Shown here: positions 37,249 to 47,300 of the stretch, piece after piece
Position numbering within the stretch: the first letter of the stretch is position 1
Layout of the letters: every line of letters begins with the position of its first letter
Assembly (NCBI GenBank): GCA_947625115.1
Contig: CANQND010000005.1
Span: forward strand, 1,891-65,890
Source: an uncultured Clostridia bacterium
GTDB lineage: Bacteria; Bacillota; Clostridia; Christensenellales; CAG-314
Direction of reading: 5' to 3'
DNA: 64,000 nt
Notes under the pieces: generated by a model
Database searches by the model: none
What the model was told of the DNA's origin: nothing
What the model saw: the letters and a program-made list of their open reading frames with translations, nothing else
Made by a program: the position numbers and the translations under genes

Positions 37249-39815
37249 TATTTTCCTCCGTTTGTATCCGATTGAGAGTCGTCCTCTTGTTGCGTTGATT
37301 GCGACGCGTCAACTGCGCCGCGCTTTGCCGCACGGCGAGCCGCAACGGCTTTTTCCACTGCGGGGACGGCAAATTTAAGCCCGATGATAATGCCGCCCAT
37401 AACAACGGCGTTGACGGCGATAAACAAAATCGAATAGCCGTCGATTTTTACATACATCGGCGTAGGTTCCGCGCCGCCCAGCCAACCGTTGATAAGTCCG
37501 AGTGCCCACGGAAATACGATATAGCACAACACCGTCCCCACGGTTCCTATCGCGCCGACGGTGAGATTGTACCAACCGTAGGGGTACAGCAATATCCACA
37601 ACGCGACAACTCCCGTTGCCGTCATAGAGAACATCGCGACAGTGCTGATTTGTTCGGGAGTGAGTCCCAGCAAATCTTTGAACGCGTAGGTCATTGCCAC
37701 CGACAGGAACATCGCCGCGCCGCTGGGCAAGGTGCGTTTTAGCGTGTTGGCTACAAAGTTGCCCTTTATCAAGGCGTGATTTGGTTTTAACGCCAACAGG
37801 AATGAACATATTCCTATCACGAAAAACTCCATTGCATACAGGTGTTGCGGCTCGAAAGGATAGGTCACCGACATAAACAGGCACAAAATCGTCGTGAGTA
37901 CCGTCATAGACGTTTTCATCAAAAACAGCGACGAACTGTTTTGTATGTTGTTGACGACTTGTCTGCCCTCTGCGACCACCTTGGGCATAGAGCTGAACTT
38001 GTTGTCCATAAGCACCAAGTTAGCCACCGTTTTGGCGGCGTCGGTGCCGCAACCGACGGAAATTGCGCAGTCGCTTTCGCGCATAGCGAGAATGTCGTTT
38101 ACTCCGTCGCCCGTCATAGCCACGGTTCGTCCCGCCTTTTTCATAGAGCGGACGAGTATCGCTTTCTGCTCGGGAGTAACCCTGCCGAAAACGGTGTATT
38201 TATCGGCGGCTTCCGCCACCTGCTCGTCGGAAAGCCCCTCCAACGAAATGTATTTGTCCGCGTCTTTAACGCCCACTTTTGCGGCGATAACAGATACGGA
38301 AAGAGGATTGTCGCCCGAAATTATTTTGACGGCGACGTCGTTATCGCGGAACCAACCGATAATTTCGGGAGCGTCCGAGCGGATAGTGTCCTGCAAAACA
38401 ATTATGGCAATAGGTTCCAACCCCTCTACGGCGCCGTCGACAATGGGCTTGGAAGATTTGCCCACGGCAAGAACGCGCAACCCCTGCGCAAGCAGATCGT
38501 TACACTGTTTGGTAAAATCTTTGGAAGTTTTTTTGAACATAAACTCCGCCGCGCCTATCGCCGCAGTACCCTTGCCCTGCAACGTTGCCGCGCTGTACTT
38601 GCGCGCGGAGGAAAAGGGAACGCAAACCGTGCTGTCGTAGGGTTCTACGCCGTCAAGATACCTTTTCAGGGCTTGCGCGGTCATATTGTCGTCGCCCGTG
38701 GCGGCTACAACGCTTTTTACTATCTTTTCCGTTTCTTCAAGAGAAATTTTTCCCAACGGAATGATTTTTTCCACCGTCATACTGCCGTCTGTTATGGTGC
38801 CTGTTTTGTCCAGACAAAGCGTGTCCACGCGCGCCAACATTTCGATACAGGGCAATTCTCTCACAAGTACCTTTTTGCGGGCGAGTTTAAGCGCGGCAAC
38901 CGCCAAAGCCACGCTTGTCAACAACACCATTCCGCTGGGAACCATACCTATCATACTGCCGCTCATAGCTCGTATCGCGTTGTTGACCCAATCGGTCACG
39001 TTGATGTTGTTGCCGCTTATATCAACGCCCAAATGACCCCAATAGCAGTTCCAGACGTTTATATCCGCGCCCAACAACACGCGCATTTGTTCGCTGCAAA
39101 AAAACGTGGCAATGCCGAGTGGAAAGATAATAAAGGAAATGAACTTTATTATGCTCCTGATACCTTTCATAAGTTGGCTGTCTGGAGTTTTGGCTTTTTT
39201 TACGCGAGAAGAGAGCTGTTCCACGTAGTTGTCGCGCCCCACTTTGTCGCAACGCGCGGTGCAATTGCCGCTTACGATAAAACTGCCGCTGAAAAGCATA
39301 TCCCCTTTGCGCTTTTTGACGGGTTCGCTTTCGCCCGTAAGCATAGATTCGTTTACTTCAACTTCGCCCACAAGCAACTCGCTGTCACAGCAAATCTGCT
39401 TGCCCGCCGAAAAGAGCAAAATGTCGTCTGCCACAATATCTCTTGTGGAAACGGTTTGTTTTTCGCCGTTGCGAACAACTTCCGCAGTCGGTTCGGAAAC
39501 AATGGAAAGTTTTTCCACGGCACGTTTACTGCGTATTTCCTGAATTATTCCGATAGCGGTGTTTGCAACGATAATAACGATAAACATCATATTGTTGTAG
39601 CTGTTGCAAAGCAACATTAACAAAAAGATGATAAAGCCGAGCAAATTGAAAAAAGTAAAAATGTTGGAGGCAAAAATTTGCAAGTAACTTTTGCCCACCA
39701 CCCTTTTGGTGCGGTTGATAAGTTTTGCTTCGCGCCGAAGCCGAACGTCCAAATCGGTAAGTCCCTCGTTTATATCGGGAGTATATCTCACCAAAGTACC
39801 GTTGTTCTTTTTCAT
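37248..39815 (-). CDS. Cation-transporting P-type ATPase (CtpE-like)
   Basis: LTGES, DKTGT, ISGDN, MTGDGVND; ~10 TM helices. Confidence 0.92.
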   Translation of the reverse strand: MKKNNGTLVRYTPDINEGLTDLDVRLRREAKLINRTKRVVGKSYLQIFASNIFTFFNLLGFIIFLLMLLCNSYNNMMFIVIIVANTAIGIIQEIRSKRAVEKLSIVSEPTAEVVRNGEKQTVSTRDIVADDILLFSAGKQICCDSELLVGEVEVNESMLTGESEPVKKRKGDMLFSGSFIVSGNCTARCDKVGRDNYVEQLSSRVKKAKTPDSQLMKGIRSIIKFISFIIFPLGIATFFCSEQMRVLLGADINVWNCYWGHLGVDISGNNINVTDWVNNAIRAMSGSMIGMVPSGMVLLTSVALAVAALKLARKKVLVRELPCIEMLARVDTLCLDKTGTITDGSMTVEKIIPLGKISLEETEKIVKSVVAATGDDNMTAQALKRYLDGVEPYDSTVCVPFSSARKYSAATLQGKGTAAIGAAEFMFKKTSKDFTKQCNDLLAQGLRVLAVGKSSKPIVDGAVEGLEPIAIIVLQDTIRSDAPEIIGWFRDNDVAVKIISGDNPLSVSVIAAKVGVKDADKYISLEGLSDEQVAEAADKYTVFGRVTPEQKAILVRSMKKAGRTVAMTGDGVNDILAMRESDCAISVGCGTDAAKTVANLVLMDNKFSSMPKVVAEGRQVVNNIQNSSSLFLMKTSMTVLTTILCLFMSVTYPFEPQHLYAMEFFVIGICSFLLALKPNHALIKGNFVANTLKRTLPSGAAMFLSVAMTYAFKDLLGLTPEQISTVAMFSMTATGVVALWILLYPYGWYNLTVGAIGTVGTVLCYIVFPWALGLINGWLGGAEPTPMYVKIDGYSILFIAVNAVVMGGIIIGLKFAVPAVEKAVAARRAAKRGAVDASQSTQQEDDSQSDTNGGK

Positions 39816-39824
39816 ATTTTCTCC

Positions 39825-40853
39825 TTAACGGTGAGGTTTTTCGCCACGCAACTTCAACGTGGGACAGGCGTTTAGCGCGAGATCGGAAAACTCTTTTTTT
39901 ACAAACATATAGTAGCCGCGAGAGGCTATCATCGCGGCGTTATCTCCGCACAGGGCAAGTTTGGGCAGACAAACGCGCAACCCGTCGCGCTCGAACTCCG
40001 CCATTCGCGCGCGCAAATAGCCGTTTGCTCCCACGCCGCCCGCGACGGCAACCGTACGCGCCCCGTTACGCTCCGCCTCGCCGCGCAATCTGTCTACGGG
40101 ACCGTCTATCGCCGCAACGGTAAAGCTCTTGGCTACGTCCGCCTTGTTGAGCGTTTCGCCGCGCTGTTCGGCGTTGTGCAGTAAGTTTATGACCGCCGTT
40201 TTCAGACCGCTGTAACTGAAATTGCCGTTGGAAGTTACAACGGAGTGAAACGGATAGACGTTTTCGCCCGTTTGCGAAAGACGGTCTATTTGCGGACCGC
40301 CCGGGTAGGGGAGCCCCAACACGCGCGCAACCTTGTCGAACGCCTCGCCTACCGCGTCGTCCACAGTGGAACAAACCACGTCGTACACGTCGTAGTCTAT
40401 GACGTTGACGATTGCGGTGTGACCGCCGCTTGCCAACAGGCAGACGTACGGAGGCGTCAGATCGGGATAAGTGAGGTAGTTTGCGCAGATATGCCCCTCT
40501 ATATGATTGACCGCCAACAGCGGCAAATTCGCCGCCTGACATAGCCCTTTGGCGTAGGAAACTCCCACGAGCAACGCGCCCACCAACCCCGCGCCGTAAG
40601 TTACGGCAACGGCGTTAATATCCGACAAAGAAAGGTTCGCCTCTTCCAACGCCGCTTTTACCACTTTGTCCACAACTTCCACGTGGTTGCGCGAGGCGAT
40701 TTCAGGCACAACACCTCCGTACAAACGGTGAATATCTATTTGGGAAAGCACAACGTTCCCGACGATTTCTCTGCCGTTTTTGACGACCGCCGCAGCCGTT
40801 TCGTCGCAGGAACTTTCTATACCCAAAATATAAATATCATTATAGTGTTTCAT
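39825..40853 (-). CDS. tsaD: tRNA N6-adenosine threonylcarbamoyltransferase
   Basis: GIESSCDET, GGVVPEIASRNH, NHIEGH, SGGHT, GEAFDK, DNAAMI. Confidence 0.96.
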   Translation of the reverse strand: MKHYNDIYILGIESSCDETAAAVVKNGREIVGNVVLSQIDIHRLYGGVVPEIASRNHVEVVDKVVKAALEEANLSLSDINAVAVTYGAGLVGALLVGVSYAKGLCQAANLPLLAVNHIEGHICANYLTYPDLTPPYVCLLASGGHTAIVNVIDYDVYDVVCSTVDDAVGEAFDKVARVLGLPYPGGPQIDRLSQTGENVYPFHSVVTSNGNFSYSGLKTAVINLLHNAEQRGETLNKADVAKSFTVAAIDGPVDRLRGEAERNGARTVAVAGGVGANGYLRARMAEFERDGLRVCLPKLALCGDNAAMIASRGYYMFVKKEFSDLALNACPTLKLRGEKPHR

Positions 40854-40955
40854 CTCTAAAATAATACGCCTCGCAAACGTTTTTGTCAATGCTCTGCGCC
40901 AACGGTGATAAAACGAAAAATTGCGAACCCGTTTGACGAGTTCGCAACCTGAAAG

Positions 40956-42332
40956 CTATTTAAGTTCCTTGGGCGCGCGCGGATACAACAACACGTCGCG
41001 AATGTTGGACATACCCGTAAGGTACATAACCATACGGTCCAGCCCCATACCGAAACCGCTGTGAGGAACAGAGCCGTAACGGCGCAAATCGAGGTACTGC
41101 TTGTAGCCCTCCACGGTGATACCCTTGCTACACATTGCCTGCACAAGTTTGTCGTAGTCCGTTTCGCGCTCGCTGCAACCCACTATTTCGCCGATACCCG
41201 GCACAAGCAGGTCCGTTGCCGCAACGGTTTTGCCGTCGGGGTTTTGCTTCATATAAAAAGCCTTGACGTCCTTGGGATAGTTGGTGACGAAAACGGGCTT
41301 TTTGTACACCTGCTCGGTGAGATAACGTTCGTGTTCGCTTTGCAATTCCGCACCCCATTTGGGTTGATAAACGAATTGTACGTTTGCTTGGCGCAGTTGC
41401 TCTACCGCGTCGGAATAGTCCAACACCACAAATTTAGATTGCACCACATTGCGCAGTTTGTCCGTCAAACCTTTTTCATAGAACCTTTCAAAGAAGTCCA
41501 ACTCGGCGGGGCAATGTTCCAAAACATATCCTACGATAAATTTTACGTAGCTTTCCACTATCTCGATAATATCGGGCAGTTCGGCAAAAGCCACTTCCGG
41601 CTCTACTTGCCAAAACTCCGCAACGTGACGGGAAGTGTTGGAGTTTTCGGCGCGAAACGTGGGACCGAACGTGTAAATTTTGCCCAACGCCATTGCCGCC
41701 ACTTCGCCCTCCAACTGTCCCGAAACGGTCAGATAGGCACGTCTGCCGAAAAAGTCGTCGGCGTAGTACTCCTGTTCGTTGGCGGCGGTATCGTTCCAAT
41801 GCTTGGTTGTGACGTTAAACACCTCTCCCGCGCCCTCGCAGTCGCTACCCGTAATTATGGGCGTGTGTACGTAGGTAAAGCCGTTGCTCTGAAAATACAC
41901 GTGCGTGGCGTAGCTCAATGCGGAACGGACGCGTTGCACGTTCATATACGTGTTGGTGCGTACCCTGAGGTGCGGTATCGTGCGCAAAAACTCCAAGCTG
42001 TGACGCTTTTTTTGCAATGGGTAATCTGCGGGACACTCTCCCAAAATTTGGTAAGAATCCAATTGCAGTTCGCAGACGTTTTGCGGCGATTCCGCAAGAA
42101 CACCCGTGAGCTTCACGCTGCAACCGACGGAAAACACCGTCGGCACCTTGTCGTCGAAACGCGATTTGTCTATTACCGTTTGAAGATTTTTCAGACAAGT
42201 GCCGTCGCTCACCTCGATAAACGCAACGTTTTTGGAGTCGCGCGCGGTGCGTACCCAGCCGCATACGGTAATTTGCTTGCCGACCAACTCTTTGTACTTA
42301 TCAAAAACCTCTTTGATGTCGATATGTTTCAT
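40956..42332 (-). CDS. asnS: Asparagine--tRNA ligase
   Basis: GWVRT OB fold, SDCEGAGE, YLTVSGQL, GPTFRAENSNTSRH, PHSGFGMG. Confidence 0.96.
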   Translation of the reverse strand: MKHIDIKEVFDKYKELVGKQITVCGWVRTARDSKNVAFIEVSDGTCLKNLQTVIDKSRFDDKVPTVFSVGCSVKLTGVLAESPQNVCELQLDSYQILGECPADYPLQKKRHSLEFLRTIPHLRVRTNTYMNVQRVRSALSYATHVYFQSNGFTYVHTPIITGSDCEGAGEVFNVTTKHWNDTAANEQEYYADDFFGRRAYLTVSGQLEGEVAAMALGKIYTFGPTFRAENSNTSRHVAEFWQVEPEVAFAELPDIIEIVESYVKFIVGYVLEHCPAELDFFERFYEKGLTDKLRNVVQSKFVVLDYSDAVEQLRQANVQFVYQPKWGAELQSEHERYLTEQVYKKPVFVTNYPKDVKAFYMKQNPDGKTVAATDLLVPGIGEIVGCSERETDYDKLVQAMCSKGITVEGYKQYLDLRRYGSVPHSGFGMGLDRMVMYLTGMSNIRDVLLYPRAPKELK

Positions 42333-42463
42333 ATTCTACTCCGTTTGCTATCGGCAAAAGCCGAATTTGCCGCCCGCTCGTTGCGCCAAGCGACAAGTAC
42401 AATTATAGCAACATTGTGTAAAAAAAGCAATATTTGCAACGGCTATTTCTCAAAATCCGTTGC

Positions 42464-42495
42464 AAAAAGGGGAGCGTGCAAAGACGTTCCCCTTT
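42464..42495 (-). terminator. Terminator of the giant-protein operon
   Basis: AAAGGGGAACGT/CGCTCCCCTTTTT on the minus strand. Confidence 0.65.
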
Positions 42496-42512
42496 GAAAC
42501 AGCCAAACAGAC

Positions 42513-44312
42513 CTATTCTTCCGTTTTGGGCGTTACGAAGATCCCGGGAGCAATTTCCTGCGGTTCTTCGGGCTGAGCTTCGGTTGCGGCGGCTTCCTCT
42601 TTGCCTTGGTTGAAGATAGCCTCTTCCTCGGCGGTTTTGATGTTGCGCTTGATGAGTCCCTTTTTGATAAGTTCCACAATGCCCTCGTATGGCATATAGA
42701 AATCTTCCGAGATATGCTCTACGCGCGGCAAACCGAGTTTTTCCATTGCGATACCGATAAGCTCGATTGCGTACTTGATACGCTTTTCGTTCTTGATACG
42801 GTACATAGACGGAGTTTCAACATTGGAGGGCGTGTTGCTTACGTCTTCGAGCTGGTACTTCGTTTCGGCAAATTCCGCAGGATCCAAAGGCAAGTACAAG
42901 CACATCGTCTTGCCGCGGAAAGCGATTTTTGCCACAACGACTTTGCCCGACTTGTACGTTTCGCGCTTCCAACTGTAACGGTCGTGAACTTTCTTGTAGG
43001 AGAGCAATTCGTTTTTCAAATCGGTGTACCAACGTTTTACGTCGTCGTCCGATTGAATGAGGCGCGCTTGGAAACTCTTATCATAGCGCAACGTTCCCGC
43101 CTCAGCCGATTCCTCTTCAATGATGATGGGTTCGCGTTTTTTACGCTCCTCTTCGGGCAGAGCGTTTACAGTGATACGGTAGCCCACGGATCTGTCCTGA
43201 TAAACAACGGTTACGGTGGGGTTGCCCTCCTTGCTCATATCGGGAGCAAGTACGGAGTAGTCGTCCACGACCACTTCGGTGGGTTCGGTGTTGAACACAG
43301 CCGTAACTATCAAACCGTCGTGATTGAGCGCGTCGCCCGCGTAAAACTCTTTCTGCACGCCGTCGGTGTTGAGCGTGATGTACAACAGCGTACGTTCGGG
43401 TTCCTCTTCCTGTTCGGGTTCGGTAACTGCAATCGTGTAGTAAGCGGTCATATTCTCGTACTTTACGGTGACGGTTTTGATGCCCGCTTCGGACAAATCG
43501 GGCGTAACGACGTAGCAACCCGCAATTTCATTTGCATTGGCGATACGTCCGAACAATTCTTCGTCCACAACAGAGTACTCAACGATGGATTCCGTAGTGG
43601 GGTCGGCGTTGAAGTTTGCCGTGATGACCAAGCCCTCGCAATTGAACGTTTCGCCTACGACAAATTCGCGCTTTACAACGCGTACGTCGATGGAGATACC
43701 CACCAACTCGCGCTCGGGTTCTTCCTCAACAGCGGGAACAACCGTTTCAACGGGTTGTTCTTCTACTGCGGGAGCAGGTTCTTCAACAGAAATCGTGTAC
43801 AGCGTGGATACGGTGTTGAAACGTACGCCGACAGTAACCTTGCCCGCCTGAGATAAGTCGGGCTTGATGACATAGCAACCTTGCGCGCTTGCGTCGGGTT
43901 CCTCGTCCACAACCGTGTAGTAGGACACTGTTTCCGTTGTGGGCGCGGCGTTGTACTCCGCGTGTATGACAAGTCCCTCACAGTTGAACTCGTCGCCTAC
44001 GGTAAACTCTCTTTGCACTACGCCGAGATCGAGAGTCAAGCCTGTAAGTTCTCTCTTTACTTCTTCCGCTTTGGGTTGTTGAATTACCACAACGCGCGGT
44101 TCTGCCTGTTGCGCAACGTTTTGAACGGGCTGTTGCGCTTGTTCGTCGTTGTTTTTGTTCTTGCGATTTGAACGCAATATCAGCGTGCAGAAAACCGCAA
44201 TTTCGATCAGGATCAATACACCCTGTATCACCAACAGCCAAAACATAGCCGTGCTTGCGTCCCAATCCAGCTCATAGCCGAAAATAGAGATCGTACTTAG
44301 AAAATTTAGCAT
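42513..44312 (-). CDS. N-terminally membrane-anchored protein with three bacterial Ig-like (Big_3-type) repeats and a conserved basic C-terminal domain
   Basis: Single TM near aa 23-46 followed by RSNRKNK; 3x (V..EF.VG..F...GL...A.Y/F...PD.S..G..TV.V); C-terminal KSFQARLIQS...LKNELLSYK...SWKRE domain. Confidence 0.8.
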   Translation of the reverse strand: MLNFLSTISIFGYELDWDASTAMFWLLVIQGVLILIEIAVFCTLILRSNRKNKNNDEQAQQPVQNVAQQAEPRVVVIQQPKAEEVKRELTGLTLDLGVVQREFTVGDEFNCEGLVIHAEYNAAPTTETVSYYTVVDEEPDASAQGCYVIKPDLSQAGKVTVGVRFNTVSTLYTISVEEPAPAVEEQPVETVVPAVEEEPERELVGISIDVRVVKREFVVGETFNCEGLVITANFNADPTTESIVEYSVVDEELFGRIANANEIAGCYVVTPDLSEAGIKTVTVKYENMTAYYTIAVTEPEQEEEPERTLLYITLNTDGVQKEFYAGDALNHDGLIVTAVFNTEPTEVVVDDYSVLAPDMSKEGNPTVTVVYQDRSVGYRITVNALPEEERKKREPIIIEEESAEAGTLRYDKSFQARLIQSDDDVKRWYTDLKNELLSYKKVHDRYSWKRETYKSGKVVVAKIAFRGKTMCLYLPLDPAEFAETKYQLEDVSNTPSNVETPSMYRIKNEKRIKYAIELIGIAMEKLGLPRVEHISEDFYMPYEGIVELIKKGLIKRNIKTAEEEAIFNQGKEEAAATEAQPEEPQEIAPGIFVTPKTEE

Positions 44313-44323
44313 TTGTAGTTACC

Positions 44324-47300
44324 TCACTTTTTTTTGTTTTTGCGATTTAGGACGATTGCCGCCACAATCAATATTATTATTTGTCCAAATATATACACCA
44401 CTGCGGGTCCGAAATCGCCGTAATCCGTGTTGTCGGACGGAGCCGCGTTGGCAATATCAATTTTAATGGAGTAAGTTTCTCCCTCGAACTCAACCATTGC
44501 GGTAAAGGTTGTGTAGTCGCCTTTATCTTCGCTTGTTACGGTTGCGTCTACAATTTCTCTGTTACCGCAAATGGAGCAAGTAAACGTTGCGGTCGCCGCG
44601 CTGTGATCATCGCTCCACTGCCAAGTGGGTTCTTCCGACCAAACGTGGAGATGATCGCCGCCTATTACCTTGGTTTCAATTACGTCGCAGTTTTGGCAAT
44701 GGCGAGATTCCGTCTTGCCGTTAGGATCTATCGTCCACTCCGACCAGACGTGTCCGCGAGCGGGTATATCGCGCGTTTCCGTTTTGCCGCACACCGTGCA
44801 AGTACGTTGCTCTTCGCCCTTGTTGGTGCAGTCGGGAGTTTTCGTTTCAGTCCATACAGTCCAGCTGTGCGTTTCAGAGGGTTCGCCCCTTGCTCCCTGC
44901 TTGCTTTGATAGAACGGCGAGCCGTCCAGCGTTGCGTACGCGGTGTACACAATGTAGGCACCTTCTTGGCAGGTTGCGGGGATAGTGTTGGTAGTGATGA
45001 CCGTCGGAACCGTTTGTACGTCGTTGCACTTGGTGCATTTGAGGTGTACCGAAGCCGACGTGTAGCCGTTTTCGGGGTCGCCTACCCAACTCCAACCGTC
45101 GTCGCCCAACGACGTGTCCACAATCCAATTGTGACTTTCGGCGGCAACGTAGTCTACTTTGGTGGAGATGTAACTTTGTCCGTCCACAACCACTTCCGCG
45201 GTGTACACAATAGTGTGCGGATTTGTGCAGGAACCCTCGCCTGTACGCACTTCGTCGGGTTCTTCGTCCGTTTCGGAGCGAGTTGCCTCGCAACCGTTTT
45301 TGCACACGAAGTGAGCCGTTGCCGTCCACTTGCCGTCCGTTTCCGTCCAAATCCAACCGTTTTCGCTGTCGGGATAGTCGGTATCCAATTCCCAAACGTG
45401 CGCGTCGAGATCTACGGGTATGTCCGCCGAGAGTTCTGCGGTAAATTCCTTTCCGTCTTTACTTGCTACCGCCGTGTAGACGCGCGTTCCTTGAAGTTCG
45501 CAGGTGGGAGCAACCGTTACGCGGCTGTCCACAGACGCTACCGCGCTGTCTTCCAAACCGCAATCGGGGCAGACGAGATACACGGTAACCGTGTAACTGC
45601 CGTCCTCGTTAAGTTGCCACAACCAACCGTCGGCTGTTCCGTCGGTATCCTCAACGGCGTCGGCGTTGACCGTCCAAGCGTGACCTTTTGCGTCGAAATA
45701 TTTTTCGGAACCGCTCAAAACGTAACCACATTCTGTACACTTTTGACGGGTGTAACCGCCGCTTGTGCAGGTGGGATCGGATTTATCCGTTTCAAAGGTA
45801 CATTCTTCTGTCTTTTGCAATTCGTTGCAGATCGAGCAGCGAATTTCGTGTTTATGCACGCCGCCCTCTTCTACGTGTACATAGCGGTCGAATACGTGAT
45901 CCGTTTTCGTTCCCTCTATGTACTCGGTGTACGAAGCCGTGTACACAACGCCGTCCAAGCTGACTCTTGCGTCGAGAATATCCAAACGGTCAGACGTACA
46001 CGTTGCCGGTTGAGATTTTACGTTGACGTCGGCTTCGAGAGTTTGCTTTTCGTCACAGCCGTCGTTTGTGCATTTGAAGTGCGCTTTTGCCGTCCATTTA
46101 TCCGAGGCGGGGTCGCGTTCCCAAGTCCAACCGCTCTTGCCCTCGCTTACGTCGAGAGTCCAATTGTGTCCCGTAGCGGGAACCGTTTCGGTGAGAACAT
46201 TTTCGTTTTCGTAGGTGGTTCCGTCATAGACGAAACTTGCCTTGTAGGTGCGTTCGCCGTCCTCTTCGCAGGCGGGGCTGAGCATTTCTGCCGTGACAGT
46301 GACTTCGGGTTTGTAGGAGAATTCGCATTTACGGCATTTGAGTTCCGCTTCTACCGTGTGAGTTTCGCTGTTCCACTCGCCCCAAACCACGTAGTAGTCG
46401 TGACCCGTGGCACTTGCGCCGCTTTCCGTGTAGGAGTAGCCGCAACGCGCGCAGGTAAACGTTGTGTAACCGTCGTCCTCGCAGGTGGGTTCGGTGACAA
46501 CTTCGTCAAACGTGCAGTCCTCTTCGAGCTTGCCCTCGCCGCAGCGGGTGCAGGTGTATGTGTGGAAATGTCTTCCGTCCACGTTGTGATGTTCGGGTTC
46601 GCCGTCAAAGACGTGTCCCAACACGGCGTTTTCTTGACGGTAACTTGTACTAAACGAGTTGCCCTCCACTTGGAGAAGTACGCTCAACGACACAACGCCC
46701 TCTTCCGTACAGGAGGCTGTGCTTTCCGCCTCGACAACTATCTTGCCGCTTACGTCGTAGTCGCTCGGCGCGCTGTCGCCCAAGGTGAGCGTCTGGCTGA
46801 CAATGCCCACCGTGTCGGCTACAACCGTCAACGTGGCTTCGCATTGACTGCAAGTAAACGTTGCCGTAACCGTGTAGTGGCTGTCATCTACGTTCCAAAC
46901 CCAATCGGGTTCGTTTACAAATTTGTGTCCCGTTGCTGGGAGCGTTTCGGTGAAAGACGACCTATTTGTGCCGTCGAACTCAACCGTTACCGCTGCCACT
47001 GCCGTGTAGTCTTGCGAACCCTCCGCAGTGCAGGTGGGATCTTTCCTTGTGCCTGCCACAACCGTGCCGTCGAAAGAGAGCAATTCGCCGCAACGCTCGC
47101 ACCTGAGGTGAAGAGTGGCATGCCATTCGCCGTCGGAATAGGTCCATTCCCAACCCTCTTGCCAACTTTCGTCTGTTACCGTATCGGCAACCCAACTGTG
47201 ACCGAGCGGGGAACGCTCTTCAACTATATGTTCGTTGGAGAACGTGGAACCCTCCAAGTTGATGGTGACTTTGCGCGTTTCTCCTCCGCCCACAGTGCAG

